Shown here: positions 20,630 through 31,883 of the stretch, one piece after another | Layout: every line of letters begins with the position of its first letter | How positions within the stretch are numbered: the stretch's first letter is position 1 | From: Rhodanobacter sp. | Lineage (GTDB): Bacteria; Pseudomonadota; Gammaproteobacteria; Xanthomonadales; Rhodanobacteraceae | Assembly (NCBI GenBank): GCA_039936515.1 | Contig: JBDTIE010000312.1 | Span: 1 to 43,236, forward strand | Direction: 5' to 3' | Length of the DNA: 43,236 nucleotides | Translations under genes and position numbers: made by a program | The notes under the pieces: generated by a model | The model's database searches: none | Told to the model about the DNA's origin: nothing | The model's input: only the letters and a program-made list of their open reading frames with translations

Positions 20630-20729
20630 GGTCTGGAGGCGTGGCAATGGGGGAGGGCGGCCGCAGCCGCGGTGACGTGCAGGGGGCGCTGCCACTGACG
20701 AGGCGGCGCCGGTGGCGCCTGCCACGCAG

Positions 20730-21248
20730 TTACTGCAATTGCGCGGCGATGCTGGCGCAGCCCTTGTCGAAGCTGGCCTTCCACGTCGTGCCGGCCTGGC
20801 TCTGCGCCGGCCGCACGCAACGCAACTGGATGGCCAGCCCGTTCTTCAGCCAGTACTGCTCGGTATAGACCGCCGGCACGCCGCTTTCCTCGGCGGTGTA
20901 CGCCAGTTGCGTGGCGTCGGCGGCCGGGGCTTCGCCCTTGTACGCTGGTAGCGCGGCAGCCCTGGTCGCTGCGTCATTGATGTACTGGCGGAAATCGGCG
21001 GCGCCGTTGACGCGCTTCACCGTCACCGTCACGCGCGCCAGGCTGTTCTTTCCGGTCGGTGAGGGATCCGGCACCTGGAACACTCGCGCCTCCGGGTCGC
21101 CGGAGGTTTCCATGATGCCGAGCCAGGCATCGGGCGTCGCGAAGGTGACGCCACCACCGGCCATGCTGACCTGCGTCGCATGCGCACCGATGAAGGCCAG
21201 CGCGGCACTCAGGGCGATGGTGCTGAGGATGGCTCGCAGGCGGCTCAT
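20730..21248 (-). CDS. Hypothetical secreted protein
   Basis: Signal-peptide-like N-terminus (MSRLRAILSTIALSAALAFIGAHA); ATGA overlap with the ACMSD stop; AAGGAG RBS. Confidence 0.8.
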   Translation of the reverse strand: MSRLRAILSTIALSAALAFIGAHATQVSMAGGGVTFATPDAWLGIMETSGDPEARVFQVPDPSPTGKNSLARVTVTVKRVNGAADFRQYINDAATRAAALPAYKGEAPAADATQLAYTAEESGVPAVYTEQYWLKNGLAIQLRCVRPAQSQAGTTWKASFDKGCASIAAQLQ

Positions 21249-22273
21249 GCAGGCTCCTTGGTCGGGATTTCGAAACGTTGCAGTGGCAGGCCGAGCCATT
21301 CCAGCGCGGTGCCGTGGAACAAGCGCGCGCGCGCGGTGTCGTCCAGGCCCAGCGCCTCGATGCCGCTACCAGGCTCCTGCTCGCCGAGCGGGAAAGGATA
21401 GTCGGTACCGAGCATCACTTGCCGGTCGCCGGTCACATCCAGCAGGTAGCGCAGCGCGTCGTCGTCGTGCACGCACGAGTCGAAATACAGCCGCTGCAGG
21501 TACTCGCGCGGGTTGCGTGGGTTGTCGGTGGCGACCAGGTCCGGGCGCATCTTGAAGCCGTGCTCGATACGGCCGATGGTGAACGGGAAGCTGCCGCCGC
21601 CGTGGGCCAGCATCACGCGCAGCTTGGGCAGGCGTTCAAGCACTCCGCCAAAGGCCAGGCAGCATGCGGCGCGCGATTGCTCCGCCGGCATGCCGACCAG
21701 CCACGGCATCCAGTACTTGGGCATGCTGGCCATGCCCATCATGTCCCAGGGATGGACCATGACCGCGGCGCCGAGGTCCGCGGCGGCTTCGAAGAACGGG
21801 AACAGCTCCGGCGCGTCCAGGTTCCAGTCGCCGCAATGGGAGCCGATCTGAACCCCTTGCAGGCCCAGTTCGTCGATGCAACGTTCCAGTTCGCGAATGG
21901 CCAGGTCGGGGGCCTGCAGCGGCACGGTTCCGATGGCCGCGTAGTGACGCGGGAAATCCCGGCACACGGTGCCCATGTGATCGTTGAGATGGCGGTGCAG
22001 CTCCAGCGCCTGGTAGCCCGGAGCCCAATACGAAAACAGCACCGGCACGGTGGAGATCACCTGCACGTCCACGCCGAAGCGCGCGTAGTCGTCGACGCGG
22101 GTCTGCGGGTCAAACGCCGAGTCCCACACTTCGCGGAAGAATTTGCTGTCCTTGTAGATGCGATGGCGGCCATCGCTGTGGGTCATGACCGGAAAGCGGT
22201 CGTCGCCATAGCGCGCGGCCAGGTTGGGCCAGTCGCGGGGCAGGATGTGCGCGTGGGTGTCGATCTTGAGCAT
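21245..22273 (-). CDS. 2-amino-3-carboxymuconate-6-semialdehyde decarboxylase (ACMSD)
   Basis: IDTHAH, QVISTVP, VHPWDM, WLVGMPAE, AHGGG.FP, GTDYPFPLGE; near kynU. Confidence 0.9.
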   Translation of the reverse strand: MLKIDTHAHILPRDWPNLAARYGDDRFPVMTHSDGRHRIYKDSKFFREVWDSAFDPQTRVDDYARFGVDVQVISTVPVLFSYWAPGYQALELHRHLNDHMGTVCRDFPRHYAAIGTVPLQAPDLAIRELERCIDELGLQGVQIGSHCGDWNLDAPELFPFFEAAADLGAAVMVHPWDMMGMASMPKYWMPWLVGMPAEQSRAACCLAFGGVLERLPKLRVMLAHGGGSFPFTIGRIEHGFKMRPDLVATDNPRNPREYLQRLYFDSCVHDDDALRYLLDVTGDRQVMLGTDYPFPLGEQEPGSGIEALGLDDTARARLFHGTALEWLGLPLQRFEIPTKEPA

Positions 22274-22355
22274 CCGGGCAGTGTAAAACCTTCGGCGTGA
22301 TTGCGTCGCCGTGGCGGTATCTATACGCCGGTGGTGGGCACGGTTGGCTCGGCAG

Positions 22356-24449
22356 TCAGTGCTTGCGCATCCTGCGCCAGCTCCGGCGAGGCGGCAACGG
22401 AATGTCGGGCAGGTCGATCGGGCTGCGGCTGACGACATGGGCCAGGGTGGCGACGTTGTCGACCAGGCGCTCACCCAGCCGGCGCGGCGTGGCGTCACCG
22501 GTTGCGTCGGCTGCGGTCGATACCGCTTGCGCTGCCGCGCGCAGGTCCGGCAATGCACCGATGGCGCGCCGCACGCGTACCGCACCGGCGATTTCTCGCA
22601 ATGCCTGGGCGCAGGTGTCGGCAAGGTCGCGCACAGGCGCCGTGGCGGACGTGGGCGCCGGATCGTCCAGCCAGGCTTCCACGCTCATGGCGCTGCGTGC
22701 CAGGCGATTGCCGTTGGCAAACAGCGCCTGGGCCAGATCCAGCAAATGCAGCGGCGTTGCAGGTTCCGAGCGCATGCGTTCGAGCGAGGCCTGGACATTG
22801 CTGCGTGCGGTACGCGCCGCCGTGCGCGCATCGCCCCGGCCGGCGTCCGTCGGCTGCGCCAGTGCGGCAAGGTAGCTGGCATAGGCTTCCAGCATGGTCG
22901 CCATGGCTGCGCGCGCGCGGCCGCGCTCCCACGTTGGCCAGACCACGTAAGCCAGCAGCGCCAGACCGCAACCGAGGGCGGTGTTGACTGTCCGGTCCAG
23001 CACCGCTGCACCTGGCGCCACGCCGTCGAAGGACAACAGGATCACCACCGTCCCGGTCAACGCCGCCACGGCGATGCCGTAGTGCGCGGTGGCGAGGTAG
23101 CGGAAAGTCATGCACAGCGCCGCCATCAAGGCCAGATGCGCCCAGACTTCCGCCGGCGTGACATGCAGCAATACCGTGGTCAGCACCAGTCCCAGCACGG
23201 TGCCGAGCACGCGCAGCAAACCGAATTTGAAAGTGGCGGCAAAATCCGGACGCAGCACGATGGCGGCGGTCATCGGCAGCCAATATCCGTGCGGCAGATG
23301 CAATGCCCTCGCGCCAAGCACGGCCACGCACAGGCATGCCGCCGTACGCATGGCATGGCGAAAGGCCACCGAGCGCGGCGTCAGGTTGGCGCGCAGCGTG
23401 GCCCATGCGGAACCGCCACGCAGAGCCTCCGGCAACCTGGCGTCCGCCGCACTGGCACGCAGCTCGCCGCGGCTGCCGGCCCAGTCCGCATTGCGCGCGG
23501 CGGCTGCAAGCTGGCCGAGCAGGGCCGCGCGATGGATGTTTGCAGCGCCTTTGTTGGCTGCGGGCATCGCGCGTAATGCGTCGGTGGCCTGCTGCGCGAG
23601 CTCGGGCGCGGCGCCTTGCGCGAGTGCATCGGCGATGGCCGAAAGCACGCGTGCTGCACCCCGGCGGAATTCGTCGTCATTGGCATGTGCCGATTGCCAT
23701 TCCCCCATTGCCGTGAGCTCCAGACGGATGCGCTCGGCCAGCTCCAGCAGCACTCCGAATGCCTCCATGGCGCGGCCGTGCGCGTGATGCCGGCCGAGCA
23801 GGGTTTGCTGCAGCGTGGTCATGGCCTCGGTCAGCGCCGGCACGTCGGCCGTGGTGCTCGCGCCTTGGCGTGCGAAGGTGCCCAGCCCGGCGTACACCGC
23901 GGACAAAGCCTGGCGTTCGGGCCAGTAGCGCTGCAGCGGCCACGCCGCCAGCGAGAACGCGGTGAGCAGCAGGCCGCCGACGAAGATCAGCCCGGAGCCG
24001 GCAAGCGCGGGGGCCAATGGCGCAGGCGTGGCGGCGGTGACCACCAGCAGGATGATGCTGGTCATGCCCACGCGGGCGTTATCCGCGCCAAACACCACCA
24101 GCATGCCGCCGCCGAAACCGAAGGCGGCGGTGACCAGCAGCATCGGCAGCAGGTGGGCGCCGATCAGGAAGCCGGACAGCGACGCCAGGGCCGCCGCGGT
24201 GGTCGCCAGCAGCAGGTTGCGCAGGCGCTGCCGGTATGGGCCCGGCTGGTCGGAAAACATCGTGTTCAACGCACCGACGGCGACACCCAGCCCGGCGTCG
24301 GAATGGCCCGTGGCCACGCCGACGGCCAGCGGCAAGACCACCGCCGCGGTATTGCGCAGCACGACGCGCAGCGGCACGTCCGGGCGCTTGATGCCCGTCA
24401 GCGTCTGGACGGTGTGGGCGCGAAGCGAGTAGGCGCTGCTGGAAGGCAT
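22356..24449 (-). CDS. FUSC-family (YccS-like) inner membrane protein; alternative start 24461
   Basis: Two hydrophobic clusters; FRHA.R, HGYWLPMT..IVLRP, R..GT..G motifs. Confidence 0.88.
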   Translation of the reverse strand: MPSSSAYSLRAHTVQTLTGIKRPDVPLRVVLRNTAAVVLPLAVGVATGHSDAGLGVAVGALNTMFSDQPGPYRQRLRNLLLATTAAALASLSGFLIGAHLLPMLLVTAAFGFGGGMLVVFGADNARVGMTSIILLVVTAATPAPLAPALAGSGLIFVGGLLLTAFSLAAWPLQRYWPERQALSAVYAGLGTFARQGASTTADVPALTEAMTTLQQTLLGRHHAHGRAMEAFGVLLELAERIRLELTAMGEWQSAHANDDEFRRGAARVLSAIADALAQGAAPELAQQATDALRAMPAANKGAANIHRAALLGQLAAAARNADWAGSRGELRASAADARLPEALRGGSAWATLRANLTPRSVAFRHAMRTAACLCVAVLGARALHLPHGYWLPMTAAIVLRPDFAATFKFGLLRVLGTVLGLVLTTVLLHVTPAEVWAHLALMAALCMTFRYLATAHYGIAVAALTGTVVILLSFDGVAPGAAVLDRTVNTALGCGLALLAYVVWPTWERGRARAAMATMLEAYASYLAALAQPTDAGRGDARTAARTARSNVQASLERMRSEPATPLHLLDLAQALFANGNRLARSAMSVEAWLDDPAPTSATAPVRDLADTCAQALREIAGAVRVRRAIGALPDLRAAAQAVSTAADATGDATPRRLGERLVDNVATLAHVVSRSPIDLPDIPLPPRRSWRRMRKH

Positions 24450-24580
24450 GGAGACTCGCATGGCTCGCGCGGATCTTCGATTCTGCCCGATGTCGTCGCC
24501 GGAGCGTACGCGAGGATGCGCTTGCGGAACGAAAGCATGAAACGACCAGGCGCCGGCAATGGCGCGCGGTCGTCGCTGGA

Positions 24581-25144
24581 TCAGGCGCGGCCGGCGAACT
24601 CGCCAGTCAGGGTGTTGACCCACACCTTTTCATCCACGGCGATGTACTCGGGTACGGGGATCTCGATGCCGGTGTCGAGTTTGGCCGGCTTGTTGCGCTT
24701 GGTGGCGCTCGAGCCCTTCATCTCCGGCGCGGTGTCCACCACGGTGAGGATGACGCTGCTGGGCACTTGCAGTGCCACCGGCACGTCGTCGATCAACTGC
24801 ACGTAATAGCCCTCGATGCCCTCGGCGATGTAACCGGCGTCGGTGCCGACCAGTTCCGGCGACAGCGGATATTGGGTGTAATCCTCCGCATCCATGAACA
24901 CGAAGGCGTCGCCGTCCTTGTACGAGAAATTTGCCGCGCGGCGGATCAGGTCAACCTCGACCAGCTCATCATCCGCGCGCAGGCTCAAGTCGTATTTGCG
25001 TCCGCCCGGGACCGTATACAGCGTGAAGCGGAAGGTGACATTGCCGCCGCGCGCACTGGGCGAGCTGCGCTCGATGTCGCGCACCTGATACACGGCGCCT
25101 TCGTGTTCGACCACGTTGCCTTTCTTGACGTCGGAAGCTTTCAT
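24581..25144 (-). CDS. efpL: Elongation factor P-like protein EfpL (YeiP)
   Basis: EF-P fold with Arg-tipped loop SPSARG; KG.SAT.R.KPA.L.TG; VPEYI. Confidence 0.93.
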   Translation of the reverse strand: MKASDVKKGNVVEHEGAVYQVRDIERSSPSARGGNVTFRFTLYTVPGGRKYDLSLRADDELVEVDLIRRAANFSYKDGDAFVFMDAEDYTQYPLSPELVGTDAGYIAEGIEGYYVQLIDDVPVALQVPSSVILTVVDTAPEMKGSSATKRNKPAKLDTGIEIPVPEYIAVDEKVWVNTLTGEFAGRA

Positions 25145-25152
25145 GATTTGGG

Positions 25153-25267
25153 GCCGGGAATAGGGAATCGGGAATAGGGAATGGCAAGAGCGGCACTGGG
25201 CGAGAGCGGGACAGGATGGCGGGAACCGGCTTTTTCCTATTCCCTACTCTCCATTCCCTATTCCCGG
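25153..25267. repeat. Inverted GGGAAT(A/C) heptamer arrays forming a long hairpin
   Basis: ccgggaatagggaatcgggaatagggaatgg (25154-84) versus cctattccctactctccattccctattcccgg (25236-67). Confidence 0.85.
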
Positions 25268-25271
25268 GCGG

Positions 25272-26039
25272 CTACTTCGCCGCCAACCGCACCGCGCCAT
25301 CAAGCCGGATGACTGAGCCGTTGAGATAGCGGTTGCCGAGGATGAAGCCGACCGTGCTGGCGAATTCGTCCGGGGTGCCGAGGCGAGACGGGAACGGGAT
25401 CGACGCACCGAGCGAGGCCTGCACCGCTTCGGACATGCCGTCTACCATCGGCGTCCAGAAAATGCCCGGGGCGATCGTCATGACGCGGATGCCCACCCGC
25501 GCCAGTTCGCGCGCCATCGGCAAGGTCATGGCAACCACGCCGCCCTTGGATGCCGAGTACGCCGCTTGGCCGATCTGGCCCTCGTAGGCGGCGACGCTGG
25601 CGGTGTTGATGATCACGCCACGCTCGCCGTCCTCGCCCGGCTCATTGGCCTGCATCAGCGCGGCGCCGGCCTTGGCGACGTTGAAACTGCCGACCAGATT
25701 GACCATCAACGTGCCGGAAAAATTGCCCAGTTTCATCGGTCCCTCGCGCCCGAGCACGCGTCCGGCGCCCAGGATGCCGGCGCAGTTCATCACCACGTTC
25801 AGGCCGCCCATCGCGTGGTGCGCGGCGGCAACGTTGGTGGCCACGCCGTCCTCGGAGGTCACGTCGGTGCGAATGAAGCGCGTGGCACTGCCCAGCTCCT
25901 TTGCCGTGGCCGAACCCTTTTCATCATTGACGTCAAACAGCGCCACCTTGCCGCCGTGGGCCACCAGGTGCTGCGCCACTGCGTGACCCAGGCCGGACGC
26001 GCCGCCGGTGATGATCGCCTTGACCTGATCGAGCTGCAT
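25272..26039 (-). CDS. SDR, 3-hydroxyacyl-CoA dehydrogenase type II (HSD10-like)
   Basis: TGGASGLG, NCAG, GERGVIINTASVAAYEGQIGQAAYSASKGG, PFPSRLG. Confidence 0.93.
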   Translation of the reverse strand: MQLDQVKAIITGGASGLGHAVAQHLVAHGGKVALFDVNDEKGSATAKELGSATRFIRTDVTSEDGVATNVAAAHHAMGGLNVVMNCAGILGAGRVLGREGPMKLGNFSGTLMVNLVGSFNVAKAGAALMQANEPGEDGERGVIINTASVAAYEGQIGQAAYSASKGGVVAMTLPMARELARVGIRVMTIAPGIFWTPMVDGMSEAVQASLGASIPFPSRLGTPDEFASTVGFILGNRYLNGSVIRLDGAVRLAAK

Positions 26040-26241
26040 GACATGTCCCGTATGCGTTAAAACCGCAATGGTAACCGAGGGCGGCGCGGCAGTGATTGGC
26101 GACTCTGCGCTTGGCGTGGTGGCCAGCGTTCATTTTCAGCGGACGCCGGGGCGGTTTGGTTCAGGCCCGTGCGACCAAGCTCGGTTTGCAGGTTCGCGAT
26201 GTCGCGTCGGGCCAGGTTCGATCCCTTTCACGGAGAAACAC

Positions 26242-26721
26242 ATGAAAAAATACCTGACCGTTCTTGCCGGCAGCCTTGTCCTTGCCGCGGCTTCCGCCAT
26301 CGCCGCGCCTTCTCCGCAGCCGTCTGCTCAGCCGCAGTCGAGCCATGGGGGACAGGACGGGCACGGTGACCGGCACGATGATCGCGATCGGCATGACGAC
26401 CGCGACAAGCACGACAAACACCACAAGTACGACAAGTACGACAAGTACGACAAGCACGACAAGCACGATGAGCGTGGCAAAAGCTACGACCGAGATCGCC
26501 ATTACGGCATGCACGACCGCGGTCGGCATGAGGGTTGGTACAAGCGTGGTGGCCACATGCCGGTCGAATACCGCACCAGCCGTTATTACGTCACCGACTA
26601 TCGGGTTTATCACTTGCGCCAGCCACCAAGCGGTTATCGCTGGGTGCGCAGTGACAACGGTGACTTCCTGATGGTCGCCATCGCCACCGGCATCATCGCC
26701 AGCATCCTTGCCGGACAGTAG
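26242..26721 (+). CDS. RcnB-family periplasmic protein with His/Asp/Lys-rich linker
   Basis: Signal peptide; RG..MP.EYR...YV.DY..YHLRQPP.GYRWV....FLMVAIATGII C-terminus; GGAG RBS. Confidence 0.88.
   Translation: MKKYLTVLAGSLVLAAASAIAAPSPQPSAQPQSSHGGQDGHGDRHDDRDRHDDRDKHDKHHKYDKYDKYDKHDKHDERGKSYDRDRHYGMHDRGRHEGWYKRGGHMPVEYRTSRYYVTDYRVYHLRQPPSGYRWVRSDNGDFLMVAIATGIIASILAGQ
26404..26466 (+). repeat. In-frame 9-bp tandem repeat, 7 units (gacaagYac)
   Basis: Encodes DKH DKH HKY DKY DKY DKH DKH. Confidence 0.9.
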
Positions 26722-26733
26722 ATCCGAAGTGGC

Positions 26734-27222
26734 CTACAACTGGAGGATGAAATAGCGGTCGCAACTGAAGTGCCCAGTACCGCCCATGGGCGCGCACAAC
26801 GCAGTGAAGCCGCTGCGTTTGTACAGCGCCTGGGCGGCGTCCATGCCGGTCAGGGTTTCCAGATAGCAGCGGCCAAAGCCAAACCCGCGTGCTGTGTCCA
26901 GGCAACGCCGGATCATCGCCGTGCCAGCGCCGATGCCGCGCATCTCGGGCAGGAAATACATCTTGCGCAGTTCGCAGACGTCGGCGTCGCCGCCTTCCAG
27001 CGCAGCGACCCCGCCGCCGCCGAGCACGACGCCATCGCGTTCGACCACGAAGTAGCTGCTGCGGGGCAGTGCATAGGCCTCGTACATGCTGTCCACCTCG
27101 GCATCGTGGATGGCGAAGCCGGGTCCGTCGGCGCCGAATTCAGGCATCACGGCGCGGATGATCGCGGCCATGGCCGCATTGTCGGAAGGCTCGATCGGAC
27201 GGATCAGGAACGTGTCAGTCAT
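26734..27222 (-). CDS. GNAT N-acetyltransferase (YjgM-like)
   Basis: GGGGVAAL, CELRKMYFLPE.RG.G, CYLET, TGH..C. Confidence 0.9.
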   Translation of the reverse strand: MTDTFLIRPIEPSDNAAMAAIIRAVMPEFGADGPGFAIHDAEVDSMYEAYALPRSSYFVVERDGVVLGGGGVAALEGGDADVCELRKMYFLPEMRGIGAGTAMIRRCLDTARGFGFGRCYLETLTGMDAAQALYKRSGFTALCAPMGGTGHFSCDRYFILQL

Positions 27223-27353
27223 GGTTTGGATACGGGCGTGAGGTAGACGTTACCGGCTTTCATGACGAAGACCGGTCTGCGCAGCGCGTCGATGTGCGTG
27301 CTGGGCTCGCCAGTGAACGCGGCAAGGTCGGCGTCGAGCCCGGGCGCGATACG
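27219..27353 (-). pseudogene. C-terminal remnant of an amidohydrolase-family gene
   Basis: RIAPGLDADLAAFTGEPSTHIDALRRPVFVMKAGNVYLTPVSKP*, the typical amidohydrolase tail; in-frame TAG at 27411-13 and no start codon between it and the recognisable tail. Confidence 0.7.
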
Positions 27354-27590
27354 AGGCGAAGCCTTTCGGGGCTTTGCGCGTGACCGGGTTCGGATGATGA
27401 AAGCCGGATTCTAGCCCGGAGCGATGTTGATGAGCCTCGCGGCTCGACGCGGCACCGCCGGCTCTGGCCGCGACGCGCGTCCTGGCTGCTTGCCGCGCAT
27501 CGGGCGCAGCCAGTAATGCAATACGTCCTGCATCATGGACTTTGAAGCGCGGATGGATTTTAGTGGGGCTTGGCCACGAGGAGCGCGCCT

Positions 27591-28226
27591 GTGCTGATCT
27601 ACGATGCCGTGAGTCCCGCGCCACGCTGCCTGCGCATGTTCCTGCTGGAGAAGGGCTTGCAGCTGCCGGCCGTGAGCGTGGATGTATTTGCCGGCGAGAA
27701 CCGCGCGGGTGCGTACCTCGCGGTCAACCCGGCCGGACAGACACCCGCGCTACGCCTGGACGATGGCATGGTGGTGGCCGAGTCGGTGGCCATCGCCGAG
27801 TACCTGGAAGAATTGCATCCGCAGCCGGCCATGATCGGGCGCACGCCCATCGAGCGCGCGCAGACCCGGCAGTGGTGGCGGCGCGTGGAATTGAATATCA
27901 CCGAGTTCATGCACAATGCATTCCATTACGCCGAGGGCTTGCCGCGCTTTGAAGCGCGGATTCCCGTGGCGCCGGAGGCGGCTGATGGTCTCAAACGCAT
28001 CGCGCAGGATCGGCTTGCGTGGCTGGACGGCATGCTTGGCAGCGGGCCATATTTGTGTGGCGAACGTTTCAGCGCCGCCGACATCTGGCTTTATGTGTGG
28101 CTGGATTTCGGCCTCGGCGTGAACCAGCCATTCGACCGCACGCTGGAAAGGATTTCCCCGTGGTTCGAGGCCATGGCGGCGCGGCCGAGTGCGGCGGCGA
28201 GTCGGGCTTTGCTGGCGGCAGCGTGA
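27591..28226 (+). CDS. Glutathione S-transferase family protein
   Basis: SPAPR..R.FL.EKG, NPAGQTPAL, ESVAIAEYLEE, FSAADI; GAGGAG RBS before GTG. Confidence 0.92.
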   Translation: MLIYDAVSPAPRCLRMFLLEKGLQLPAVSVDVFAGENRAGAYLAVNPAGQTPALRLDDGMVVAESVAIAEYLEELHPQPAMIGRTPIERAQTRQWWRRVELNITEFMHNAFHYAEGLPRFEARIPVAPEAADGLKRIAQDRLAWLDGMLGSGPYLCGERFSAADIWLYVWLDFGLGVNQPFDRTLERISPWFEAMAARPSAAASRALLAAA

Positions 28227-28705
28227 CTGGCACCGGGCTGCGCGTGCGATGCAGCATGGTGGCAGTGGTGGTGCTGCGCGGCGTCGGTGATGCCACGCAG
28301 ATGCTGTTGGCGCGCCGCGCGGGCAAGTATCTCAATGGCATATGGAGCTATATCGCCGGACACGTCGAGACCGGTGAAGCCGGCTGGCAAACCGCACTGC
28401 GTGAATTGCACGAAGAAACCGGGCTGGTACCCGATTCGCTTTGGGCAACCAGCTTTTGCGAGCGGTTCTATGCCCTGCCAAGCGACAGCGTGGAGCTGGT
28501 ACCCGCTTTCGTGGCGCGGGTGACGTCGACGGCCGAAGTGCACTTGAACGGCGAACACTCCGCGTTTGCCTGGTTGTCGCTGGAGGAGGCGGCCGAGCGG
28601 GTGCCCTTTGGCAGCCAGCGCGAGCTCATTGCCTACGTCCGAGGTGAGTTCGTCCAGCGCGATCCGCCGCACTGCCTGCGCATCCCAGGGGGCTGTGTAC
28701 GCTAA
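28223..28705 (+). CDS. NUDIX hydrolase
   Basis: Nudix box GHVETGE....ALRELHEETG; EH..F.W; GTGA overlap. Confidence 0.9.
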   Translation: MTGTGLRVRCSMVAVVVLRGVGDATQMLLARRAGKYLNGIWSYIAGHVETGEAGWQTALRELHEETGLVPDSLWATSFCERFYALPSDSVELVPAFVARVTSTAEVHLNGEHSAFAWLSLEEAAERVPFGSQRELIAYVRGEFVQRDPPHCLRIPGGCVR

Positions 28706-28724
28706 ACTGCACCGCGCCCACGAG

Positions 28725-29651
28725 TCACGATTCGGGTATTTGAGCCGCGGTACGGGCCCGCGTGACGCGGCTGGCGGTGTCCTTGTGCAGTTGCGTGGCC
28801 AGCCAGGACCCGGTGGCGATGAGCTGGTCCAGGTCGACGCCGGTGTCCATGCCCATGCCGTGCAGCATGTACACCACGTCTTCGCTGGCGACATTGCCGG
28901 TCGCACCCTTGGCGTAAGGGCAGCCACCGGTGCCGGATACTGAACTGTCGGCCACGCGCACGCCTTGCTCCAGACACGCCAGCAGGTTGGCCAGTGCCTG
29001 GCCGTAGGTATCGTGGAAATGCACGGCCAGTGCATCCATCGGCACTTCCTGCGCCACGGCCCGCAGCATGGCGCGCGCCGCGGTCGGCGTGCCGACGCCG
29101 ATGGTGTCGCCCAGCGAGATTTCGTAACAACCCAGCGCGTGCAGGCGCTGTGCCACGCGTACCACGTCGCGCAGCGGCACCTCGCCCTGGTACGGGCAAC
29201 CCAGCACGGTGGACACATAGCCGCGCACGCGGACGTGATCGGCACGCGCGCGTTCCAGGACCGGCACGAAGCGCTCGATGGATTCGTCGATGCTGGCGTT
29301 GATGTTGCGCTGGTTGAATGCTTCCGAGGCGGCGGTGAACACGGCAATTTCGCTGACGCCGACGGCGCGGGCGCGTTCGTAGCCCTGGAGGTTGGGTACC
29401 AGCACCGGGTAGCTCACGCCCGGCCGCTTGGCGATGCCGGCGAATACCTCGGCGGCGTCGGCCATCTGCGGGACCCATTGCGCGCTGACGAAACTGGTGG
29501 CTTCGATGGCCTGCAATCCGGTCGCCGAGAGCCGGTCGATCAGCTCGATCTTCACCACCGTCGGCAGCAGCGTCTTCTCGTTCTGCAGGCCATCGCGAGC
29601 ACCGACTTCGACGATGCGGACGTGGTTGTCACTGGCTTTGGGCGGGCTCAT
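28725..29651 (-). CDS. liuE: Hydroxymethylglutaryl-CoA lyase
   Basis: EVGARDGLQNE, LGDTIG, HFHDTYG, GGCPYAKGATGNVA.ED. Confidence 0.95.
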   Translation of the reverse strand: MSPPKASDNHVRIVEVGARDGLQNEKTLLPTVVKIELIDRLSATGLQAIEATSFVSAQWVPQMADAAEVFAGIAKRPGVSYPVLVPNLQGYERARAVGVSEIAVFTAASEAFNQRNINASIDESIERFVPVLERARADHVRVRGYVSTVLGCPYQGEVPLRDVVRVAQRLHALGCYEISLGDTIGVGTPTAARAMLRAVAQEVPMDALAVHFHDTYGQALANLLACLEQGVRVADSSVSGTGGCPYAKGATGNVASEDVVYMLHGMGMDTGVDLDQLIATGSWLATQLHKDTASRVTRARTAAQIPES

Positions 29652-29665
29652 GGGGATTCCTGCGA

Positions 29666-31678
<2,013 letters not shown>

Positions 31679-31883
31679 GTGGCTCTCTTTGAATGACAAA
31701 CGGCAATTACAACCGCTTGAAGTTAGCAGATCGTGTCACCGCAACCGCTGCGCAGCGCAGCACGCGAGTGCACCTGTGCGCTGCATGTGGTGGGCACCAA
31801 CGGTGTCGAGGCGACGGCCTGGGTGCTCGCGCAATGCGGCTGATGGTGGGCAGCGCCCGCGCACATGGCGAGGCAGTGCATGG

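Noticed and set aside
26404-26466. Tandem repeats here and at 25153-25267 as a possible CRISPR array
   Set aside because: Units of 7-9 bp, no unique spacers, no cas genes.
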